From positions 137,076-201,075 of the forward strand of contig CAYNXX010000001.1 in the NCBI GenBank assembly GCA_964401295.1: 64,000 nt of DNA, given 5' to 3'. Under the pieces are notes generated by a model. The model was not told the origin of the DNA. It saw nothing but the letters and a program-made list of their open reading frames with translations, and made no database searches. This DNA comes from an uncultured Candidatus Saccharibacteria bacterium (GTDB taxonomy: Bacteria; Patescibacteriota; Minisyncoccia; Minisyncoccales; CAYJUL01). Positions 57,166 to 64,000 of the stretch are shown here, piece by piece (positions within the stretch are counted from its first letter, which is position 1; every line of letters begins with the position of its first letter). Both the position numbers and the translations under genes were made by a program.

Positions 57166-58492
57166 TTATAATCCGCATTTCCTCTAAAACTATTTTTCTA
57201 TCATCCCATGGAATTTTTTTGCCGCGGGCCAAACACATCCACGGTTCAGAACCCTTACCAGTGATAATGACCATATCGCCTTTCCTAGCAACGGCCAAAG
57301 CTTTACGTATAGCCTCTCTGCGATCAAGAATTTTGAAAATCGAAGGTCGGAAATTGGAAATTCCAGATTCTATCTGAGAAATAATTCGGTGCGGATCTTC
57401 ATCATAAGGATCTTCGTCGGTAAGAATTATGCGATCGCAATTTCGAGCTGCTATTTTACCCATCTCTGGCCTTTTCCATTTATCCCTTCCCCCTCCGGCC
57501 GAACCCAATATGCAAATTAATTTTGAGCGCCGACTGGTTTGTAGATCCCGCATGGCTTGATAAACCTTGATTAAAGCATCCGGCGTATGGGCATAATCAA
57601 CCACAACCTTGAAGAGTTTTGTAGTAACGATTTCCATTCTACCTGGAACGCTGTGCATATTTTGTATAGACTTTTTAATTGTCGAAAGATCTATACCCTG
57701 TGACAAGGCTATACAGGTGGCGGCTAAAAAATTATAAAGATTAAATCTTCCGAAAAGAGGAAGGATGGTTTTTTCTCCATTGATTTGAAGCTGAAAACCC
57801 CTTGGCGAAGATTTATATTTATCGATTTCTATTATTTTTATAGGCTTCTCTATTTTCACAGATTTTTTGCCGGTTTTTATTCGGTAACCATATTTCTCAT
57901 CTGCATGAAAATTAAAAAAATAATTCGCATTTTCATCGTCAAAATTAACCACGAAAACTTTTGGAATCGCAATCCCAAAAAAATTTTTAGGACGATTGAT
58001 TTTTAATTTTTTAAAAAGTTCTCCCTTGGCCGCTCTGTATTCGTTAAAACCGCCATGGCTTTCTATGTGTTCTGGCGTCAGATTGGTTAACGCCGCTACG
58101 TCAAACTCAATAAAGCGGTGTCTTTGCTGTTTTATGCCCTCGGAAGTAACTTCCAAAACCGCATATTTGCAGCCAGCGTCAACCGCTTCTTTTAAAAATC
58201 TCTGTAGGCCAATGCGGCCAGGCATAGTCATCTTAAGCAGATTCGGACGTTCTTTCGCGCCGATTTTAAAACGCACGGAGGATGCTGATGCTGTTTTAAA
58301 ACCGGCTTCTTCAAAAATGCTGTGGCACATATCAACTACTGTTGACTTGCCGTTGGTACCGGTTACAGCCACAACTATCAATTTTTTGGATGGAAAACCG
58401 TACAAAAAAGCACCCAAAGCAGGCCAACATAAATAGTAAAAATCCAGCAGAAAATCCGGGACGAATTTACGCAAAATATTTTTCACTCCCAT
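57149..58492 (-). CDS. Mur ligase family protein (MurE-like)
   Basis: The P-loop reads VTGTNGKST. The DYAHTPD and TDEDPY C-domain motifs are present. Total length is 447 aa. Confidence 0.7.
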   Translation of the reverse strand: MGVKNILRKFVPDFLLDFYYLCWPALGAFLYGFPSKKLIVVAVTGTNGKSTVVDMCHSIFEEAGFKTASASSVRFKIGAKERPNLLKMTMPGRIGLQRFLKEAVDAGCKYAVLEVTSEGIKQQRHRFIEFDVAALTNLTPEHIESHGGFNEYRAAKGELFKKLKINRPKNFFGIAIPKVFVVNFDDENANYFFNFHADEKYGYRIKTGKKSVKIEKPIKIIEIDKYKSSPRGFQLQINGEKTILPLFGRFNLYNFLAATCIALSQGIDLSTIKKSIQNMHSVPGRMEIVTTKLFKVVVDYAHTPDALIKVYQAMRDLQTSRRSKLICILGSAGGGRDKWKRPEMGKIAARNCDRIILTDEDPYDEDPHRIISQIESGISNFRPSIFKILDRREAIRKALAVARKGDMVIITGKGSEPWMCLARGKKIPWDDRKIVLEEMRIINKKRR

Positions 58493-58583
58493 ACAAGATT
58501 AACTATCATATTTATTTAAAATATAAAGACTAGGGCCGAAAATAAAAACCCAGCTGCGGCAAAGGGCCTGACATATTATCTGA

Positions 58584-59165
58584 TTAGCGCTGGCTGGATT
58601 GCCGTCCCAATATTCTTAATGCTTCTTTGATTTTTTTATCGGTATCTTTTATTTCCGGCGCGACCTTGGCAAGAGCGTTTTTGGCATCTTCGCGGCTAAA
58701 GCCTAAAGAGACAAGTGCGTCAAATGCCTCATCGTGTTCGCGTGCCAAGGGAACGACTTTAAGTTCTTGTATCCTCCCTGTTATTTCGAGAATTATTTTC
58801 TGCATTTTTTTCTTTCCTATCCCTTTTATTTCTCCCAACAGTTTTTCCGGATCTTTTTCTATTATTTCTTTGAGTTTTGCCAGCGAACCAAACGAAGACA
58901 GAATTAAGGCGGTTTTGGGACCGATGCCGGAAATATTATTTAAAACATCAAATAACTCAAGCTCTTCTGGCCTCAAAAACCCGTATAATTCAATGGCGTC
59001 CTCCCGGAGATAAAGCCGCGTGTAAACCTTGAGTGTCAGGTCGGTTTTTGATAATCTTAAAAGAGTTTTTCCAGATAAAAAAATTTTATATCCTATGTCA
59101 TGCACATCCAAAATGATAAAGTCTTCGCCACGAAAAATAATATTGCCGCTAAGATAAGAGATCAT
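58584..59165 (-). CDS. ruvA: Holliday junction DNA helicase subunit RuvA
   Basis: The N-terminal OB fold reads MISYLSG. The HhH motifs ISGIGPKTA are present. Total length is 193 aa. Confidence 0.9.
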   Translation of the reverse strand: MISYLSGNIIFRGEDFIILDVHDIGYKIFLSGKTLLRLSKTDLTLKVYTRLYLREDAIELYGFLRPEELELFDVLNNISGIGPKTALILSSFGSLAKLKEIIEKDPEKLLGEIKGIGKKKMQKIILEITGRIQELKVVPLAREHDEAFDALVSLGFSREDAKNALAKVAPEIKDTDKKIKEALRILGRQSSQR

Positions 59166-59182
59166 TATTTTAATATAGCATA

Positions 59183-61159
59183 ATGAAAATTTTTAGCTTA
59201 GTTTCAAGATTTAAACCTGCTGGCGACCAGCCAGAAGCCATTTCCAAGCTTGTCGAAAATCTGACATCCGGAACAAAATACCAGATGCTTTTGGGCGTAA
59301 CCGGCAGTGGTAAAACTTTTACCATAGCCAACGTTATAGCAAAAACAAAACTTATGACCCTAATCATTGAACCCAATAAAACTCTAGCTGCGCAGATATA
59401 TGAGGAATTACTGGATTTTTTCCCGAAAGATAGAGTGCATTATTTTGTTTCTTATTATGATTACTATCAACCGGAGGCTTATATCCCGCATATGGATACA
59501 TATATAGAAAAAGACGCGAAAATCAATGATGCCATAGACCAACTGCGGCATGCCGCGACCTCCGATGTTCTCTCGGCGCCGAACACCATTATAGTCGCGT
59601 CTGTTTCGTGTATTTATGGCATCGGCGATCCGGAAACTTATAAAGGCGTAAGCTTGGATCTTAAAACTGGCGAAGCGATATCCCGACGCGAACTGATTTC
59701 GCGCTTAGTAGGCCTGCAGTATAGCCGCAACGACTATACGCCGGCGCGCAGCGAATTTCGGCTGCGCGGCGACACGGTTGAAATCTGGCTACCATACGGA
59801 ACGGAAAAAATAAGCGTGGTTTTCTTGGGCAATAAAATTTATGAAATAAAACGCCTGCCCCTTCCTTTCAAAAACCAAAATCCTAGAATGCAAAAACAAA
59901 ACTTACAAAAGATTAAAATTTTCCCTGCAAAACATTTCGTAACAAGGCAAGAAAAACTTGCTGTGGCCATTCAAAATATAAGAACCGAACTTGCCGAACG
60001 TATCAAAGAATTGAAAAATTCTGGTAAACTCCTTGAGGCCGAAAGGGTTACTCACCGGACCAATTACGACCTTGAGCTGCTTGAGGAATCCGGTTATTGC
60101 CCTGGAATAGAAAATTATTCCAGACATCTTTCTTTTAGAAAACCGGGCCGGCCTCCTTATACATTGATTGATTATTTTCCGAAAAATTTCCTGACCGTCA
60201 TTGATGAATCGCATGTGACAATTCCGCAGATCCAAGCCATGGCTAGCGGCGAACGCAAAAGAAAAGAAGCGCTGATTAATTTTGGTTTTCGCCTACCGTC
60301 CGCAATAGACAACAGGCCTCTTACCCTTCAGGAATTCGAAAAAAAGATCAGCCGGACTATCTACGTTTCTGCGACTCCGGGCGTATATGAATGGGGAAAG
60401 ACGGGCCAAGGCGGCATAATCCAGCAACTTATCAGGCCAACGGGCATTATTGATCCAGTGATAAAAATACGGCCGGCCAAAAACCAGATAAAAAATCTAC
60501 TGGACGAAATACGCGCCAGGACAGAAAAGAAAGAGAGAGTTCTTGTTTTAACCCTTACAAAACGCCTAGCCGAAGATATGGCCGAACATCTGGCGCGGGA
60601 GAAAATCAAGGTTCACTGGATGCATTCGGAAATAAAAACTCTTTTGCGTCCGGAAATTTTAACAGACCTGAGGAAAGGGAAAGTTGACGTTTTGGTCGGG
60701 GTAAATTTGTTGCGCGAAGGGTTGGATTTGCCCGAAGTCTCGTTGGTGGCGATTCTTGATGCCGACAAAGAGGGTTTTTTACGCAATGAAACGACTTTAA
60801 TCCAAGCCATGGGCAGAACCGCAAGACATATAGACGGATCGGTGATTTTATACGCTGACAAAATGACCTCTTCTATGGAAAGCGCGATAATAGAGGTTAA
60901 CCGCAGAAGGAAAATACAAAAAGCATACAACAAAACTCACAAAATCATTCCGAAGCCTATAATAAAAGAGGTTCGCAGCAAACAACTTCGCGATGAACGC
61001 GCCATAAAAACAGAATTCTGGCGCATTCAAGATATAAAATCTTTGGAAAGAGAAATTGCCGTCGCGGCAGGCAATCTTGATTTTGAGCGGGCGGCGCGCC
61101 TCCGCGATTTGATAAATAACTTTAAAAATGATAAACAGAAAAAATATGGCAATAACTAA
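59183..61159 (+). CDS. uvrB: Excinuclease ABC subunit B
   Basis: The Walker A reads GVTGSGKTFT. Helicase motifs and the C-terminal UVR domain ARLRDLI are present. Total length is 658 aa. Confidence 0.95.
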   Translation: MKIFSLVSRFKPAGDQPEAISKLVENLTSGTKYQMLLGVTGSGKTFTIANVIAKTKLMTLIIEPNKTLAAQIYEELLDFFPKDRVHYFVSYYDYYQPEAYIPHMDTYIEKDAKINDAIDQLRHAATSDVLSAPNTIIVASVSCIYGIGDPETYKGVSLDLKTGEAISRRELISRLVGLQYSRNDYTPARSEFRLRGDTVEIWLPYGTEKISVVFLGNKIYEIKRLPLPFKNQNPRMQKQNLQKIKIFPAKHFVTRQEKLAVAIQNIRTELAERIKELKNSGKLLEAERVTHRTNYDLELLEESGYCPGIENYSRHLSFRKPGRPPYTLIDYFPKNFLTVIDESHVTIPQIQAMASGERKRKEALINFGFRLPSAIDNRPLTLQEFEKKISRTIYVSATPGVYEWGKTGQGGIIQQLIRPTGIIDPVIKIRPAKNQIKNLLDEIRARTEKKERVLVLTLTKRLAEDMAEHLAREKIKVHWMHSEIKTLLRPEILTDLRKGKVDVLVGVNLLREGLDLPEVSLVAILDADKEGFLRNETTLIQAMGRTARHIDGSVILYADKMTSSMESAIIEVNRRRKIQKAYNKTHKIIPKPIIKEVRSKQLRDERAIKTEFWRIQDIKSLEREIAVAAGNLDFERAARLRDLINNFKNDKQKKYGNN

Positions 61160-61406
61160 TTCCGCGAAAAAAGCTCTGCGCCGGTCATTGCGCAGGAAAG
61201 AAACTAACGCAGCGCATAAAAACAGGGTTAGAAAAATCACTAAGCAATTGCGCACACTCATCGCCCAACAAAAAAAAGAAGAGGCTAAAAAGCTTTTGCC
61301 TCAATTTTTTAGTTTGGTGGATAAAGCGGCCAAGGTCGGAGTTATAAAAAAGGGCGCGGCGGCGAGAAAGAAATCTAGAGTATCGGTTCTTCTGGCCAAA
61401 ATTTAG
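61146..61406 (+). CDS. rpsT: 30S ribosomal protein S20 (ORF open from 61128; overlaps the uvrB end)
   Basis: Basic protein. The translation reads NSAKKALRRSLRRKETNAAHKNRVR. Confidence 0.85.
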   Translation: MAITNSAKKALRRSLRRKETNAAHKNRVRKITKQLRTLIAQQKKEEAKKLLPQFFSLVDKAAKVGVIKKGAAARKKSRVSVLLAKI

Positions 61407-62330
61407 CTATATTCCTGATATCAAAAAATCTATTGCCGTGGCCGGTTCGAGATCTCCATTTTTTATTTTTAGATCTGCTTCAAATAATTTATGGTAGAAT
61501 TTTTTCAATTCTTCCAATTGAAACCCTTGCGCCTGATCTATGATTTTACGAAGAACATAAGGATGAAGACTTGTTTCTTTCGCAATCCTTGGGCTGATTG
61601 TGCCACGTTCTTGTAAATCTTTAACTAGAATAAGATTTCTAAACTGAAAGGCGAGCATAGACAAAAGATAAGCTGCATTCTCTCCCCGCAAAATAAAATC
61701 ACGCAGGATTTCTATGGCCCTGCTTTTATTTTTCGTGCCTATAGCATCCAAGGCTTCGAATATGACGAACTGCGCGCTGGGCCAGCACAGCGAAACAACA
61801 TCTTTTAGCCCTATTTTCGCACCGTTGCCCCAAGCCGCTATTTTTTTAATCTCATTCTCCAGTAGCCACAAATCATTATAATTATTAGCCAAATAAGCAA
61901 GTGCCTGTGCATCTATTTGCGTTCCGTAGCGCTTGAACTCATTCGTAACAAATGCATAAACCGCGCTCTTGCTGGGCTGTTTAAACTCTTGTATCTTGGC
62001 GGTTTTTTTCAAGAATAAAAATAATTTATCTTTTTTGTTTGGATTTCCTTCTTCAAAAAAAACCGCGGAATCACGCAAAGACAACCACATGTCTTCATTT
62101 TGCAATGCGAAAGATTTAAAAACTGGGGCGCTTAGGGCATTTAAAAAAACAAACAGCCGTTTTTTATATAATAACGGTTGCTGGCTTAATTCCTCGTTGA
62201 GCGCTGCTACATTGTCATTCCGGCAATCAAAATTTTTGATTGCCGTATCTACTTGGGCATATTTATTGACGATCTCGCGCAGCTTCCTTTTCGCAAAATA
62301 AATATTGTCTCCATAAATGAAAAACAGCAT
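61407..62330 (-). CDS. holA: DNA polymerase III delta subunit
   Basis: ~307 aa. N-terminal FIYGDN... and a typical delta clamp-loader fold pattern. Confidence 0.65.
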   Translation of the reverse strand: MLFFIYGDNIYFAKRKLREIVNKYAQVDTAIKNFDCRNDNVAALNEELSQQPLLYKKRLFVFLNALSAPVFKSFALQNEDMWLSLRDSAVFFEEGNPNKKDKLFLFLKKTAKIQEFKQPSKSAVYAFVTNEFKRYGTQIDAQALAYLANNYNDLWLLENEIKKIAAWGNGAKIGLKDVVSLCWPSAQFVIFEALDAIGTKNKSRAIEILRDFILRGENAAYLLSMLAFQFRNLILVKDLQERGTISPRIAKETSLHPYVLRKIIDQAQGFQLEELKKFYHKLFEADLKIKNGDLEPATAIDFLISGI

Positions 62331-62334
62331 GATT

Positions 62335-62703
62335 CTATTTTAAAATGGATTTTATTTTTGCGATGATTTCGCTCGGAGTAAAGTTAGCTTTAACTAAATA
62401 ATCAACGGCTCCTAATTTTATCCCGTGCTCAATCTCGTCTTTTTGGCCCAAATTTGAAAGAATAATTACCGGCATAGAAGCTAAAAGGGGGTCTTCTTTA
62501 AATTTCGTTAATACTTCGAATCCGTCAAGTATCGGCAGAATTAAATCGAGTAAAACCGCATCGAACTTTTCTTCTTTGGCTTTTTTTAGACACTCTTCTC
62601 CGTCAACCGCTTCTATGATTTCAAAACCCTCTTTAAGTAATTTCTTTCCGATAAGTTCTCGTAAAAAACCGTCGTCCTCAACTAAAAGTATTTTTATGGG
62701 CAC
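62335..62703 (-). CDS. Single-domain response regulator receiver (CheY-like)
   Basis: Phospho-acceptor Asp in LLDLILP. Acidic pair in VEDD. Conserved K in the YLVK region. Confidence 0.85.
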   Translation of the reverse strand: MPIKILLVEDDGFLRELIGKKLLKEGFEIIEAVDGEECLKKAKEEKFDAVLLDLILPILDGFEVLTKFKEDPLLASMPVIILSNLGQKDEIEHGIKLGAVDYLVKANFTPSEIIAKIKSILK

Positions 62704-62717
62704 ATTATTAGATTATT

Positions 62718-63089
62718 TTATTTGCCAATTGCCGTGGCCACCCTGTTTGCGATCTCATGCAGGCCAATTTCCGTTTTGACAAACCAATCTTTAACGCCTA
62801 GCTCCATAGCCTTATCCAAAATAGCCTGATCCACAGAATTAATTATTGCAATAATCGGTATCCGACGCAAGATCAAATCTTCAGATATCTCTTCCAAAAT
62901 AATAAATGCATCTATGCTTTTTAAATCAAGATCCAACAGCAACAAATCTGGTTTTATCTCATGGGCCAGAATCAATGCGTCTTTACCCTCTCCGCTAGTA
63001 AAAACATCGTATCCTACTTGCGACAATTTATTATTTAATAAGCTGCGGATTGTAATATCTTCCTCTATTATTAAAATCTTAAGCATCAT
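62718..63089 (-). CDS. Single-domain response regulator receiver (second copy)
   Basis: The phospho-acceptor reads LLLLDLDLK. Receiver fold. Confidence 0.8.
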   Translation of the reverse strand: MMLKILIIEEDITIRSLLNNKLSQVGYDVFTSGEGKDALILAHEIKPDLLLLDLDLKSIDAFIILEEISEDLILRRIPIIAIINSVDQAILDKAMELGVKDWFVKTEIGLHEIANRVATAIGK

Positions 63090-63987
63090 CTCTTATTTTT
63101 GGCAAGAAAAATTTAAAGGCCGAACCTTTATTTTCTTGAGAAGTAAACTGTATCCTACCACCGTGAGCTTCTATTATTTTTTTGGATATGTAAAGTCCTA
63201 AACCCGTGCCTTCAGTTTCCATAAGTAAAGCGTTTGACCCCCTGAAAAACCTCTCGAAAATCCTATCCTGTTCTTTCGACAATATACCTATGCCGGTATC
63301 TTTTACTTCGCACTCCACACCATTAATAGCGGGCTTTAAGGAAACCGTCACTTGTCCGCCTTTTGGTGTATAGCGCAATGCATTGTCAAGGATATTCGAA
63401 ATGGCAAGTTGTATTTTTTCGGCATCTATTTTTATTTTCGGCAAGGCTTCTTGCGGTTTGATAAGGCCTAATTTTATCCCCTTGCGTCTGGCCTCGTCTA
63501 CGAGAGAATCAATCGCCGACTCAACGATAGCGCTGATATCTGTAGTGGTCGGATTGTAAAGATATTCTCCACCCTCTATGCGCGTTATCTCCAATAAATC
63601 ATTTATCAGGCGAATCATTCGCTCGTTGCTCAAATATCCTTTCTGCAACCATTTAGTCTGCTCCCTGGTGACTGGACCAACATCTCCTTCTAAGATCATT
63701 TTAAAAATCCACTTAGTTGCTGAAAGCGGCGTTCTTAGCTGATGAGTAATAAGAGAAACGAATTCTGTTTTAGTCCTTTCACTTAATTTCTCATGACTTA
63801 CATCTTGTAAAATCAAAACCGATCCGACTCTTTTTTTTGTAAATCCTGACAAAACCTCGGTGATCTTAACCACCAGTTTTTCTTTTAGGGTTAGATCTGT
63901 ACCCTGTGGCTCAGGGTTCAATTCCAGCAGAGAAACCAGTTTATTGAATATATCCTTGCCCTCGATTTTTGCAATCGGCTTACCCAC
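63079..63987 (-). CDS. Sensor histidine kinase (HisKA and HATPase_c domains); the N-terminus may extend beyond the window
   Basis: The H-box reads ITHQLRTPL. N, G1 and G2 boxes (DNALRYT, DTGIGI, GTGLGL) are present. Confidence 0.8.
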   Translation of the reverse strand: MGKPIAKIEGKDIFNKLVSLLELNPEPQGTDLTLKEKLVVKITEVLSGFTKKRVGSVLILQDVSHEKLSERTKTEFVSLITHQLRTPLSATKWIFKMILEGDVGPVTREQTKWLQKGYLSNERMIRLINDLLEITRIEGGEYLYNPTTTDISAIVESAIDSLVDEARRKGIKLGLIKPQEALPKIKIDAEKIQLAISNILDNALRYTPKGGQVTVSLKPAINGVECEVKDTGIGILSKEQDRIFERFFRGSNALLMETEGTGLGLYISKKIIEAHGGRIQFTSQENKGSAFKFFLPKIRDDA

Positions 63988-64000
63988 AAAATCTTTGGAT

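Noticed and set aside
1-64000. CRISPR array or cas genes
   Set aside because: No regularly spaced short direct repeats and no cas-like ORFs were seen anywhere in the window.

Overview
This is a low-GC (~35-40% by eye), minus-strand-dominated chromosomal segment. Its repertoire looks like a reduced-genome, Patescibacteria/CPR-like bacterium; that assignment is inference only. It carries the 3' part of relA/spoT, parAB, tsaD, glmS and five aminoacyl-tRNA synthetases (leuS, metG, glyQS, ileS, argS). It also carries smpB with an adjacent tmRNA, the infC-rpmI-rplT and rpsT ribosomal genes, and DNA repair genes (recO, polX, ruvA, uvrB, holA). There is an archaeal-type RNA/DNA repair set (rtcB, archease, elp3, an EndoQ-like PHP protein), a proline-catabolism pair (PRODH and P5CDH) with ald, and two orphan receivers with a histidine kinase. 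Two tRNAs are present: tRNA-Leu(CAA) at 3014-3100 and tRNA-Arg(CCG) at 46703-46777 on the minus strand.

The most unusual structure is a set of visibly GC-rich islets anchored at the 3' ends of these two tRNAs. A 37-nt sequence beginning at the tRNA CCA end occurs three times. It follows tRNA-Leu at 3095-3132. It occurs at 45085-45121 in direct orientation to that copy. It follows tRNA-Arg at 46672-46708 in inverted orientation. The 45085 and 46672 copies extend to about 72-bp near-perfect terminal inverted repeats. These repeats flank a large serine recombinase gene (45166-46769) that carries a 1-nt frameshift. The distal ends of both islets carry a second shared hairpin-plus-tail motif (3783-3816 and 42868-42901, inverted). 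Cargo includes small, Cys-rich, GC-rich ORFs with very strong expression signals, a HAD hydrolase interrupted by an in-frame TAA inside its DxDGT motif, and a 230-aa ORF with an in-frame 81-nt tandem duplication. I read this as a previously undescribed tRNA-associated recombinase element: one copy carries its (frameshifted) recombinase and one is a miniature copy without it.

Other notable points are an IleRS carrying an inserted ~200-aa histidine-phosphatase (PGAM-like) domain, a tmRNA that overlaps the smpB stop codon, and a second Cys-rich ORF locus with a consensus promoter, a coupled leader uORF and a strong terminator.
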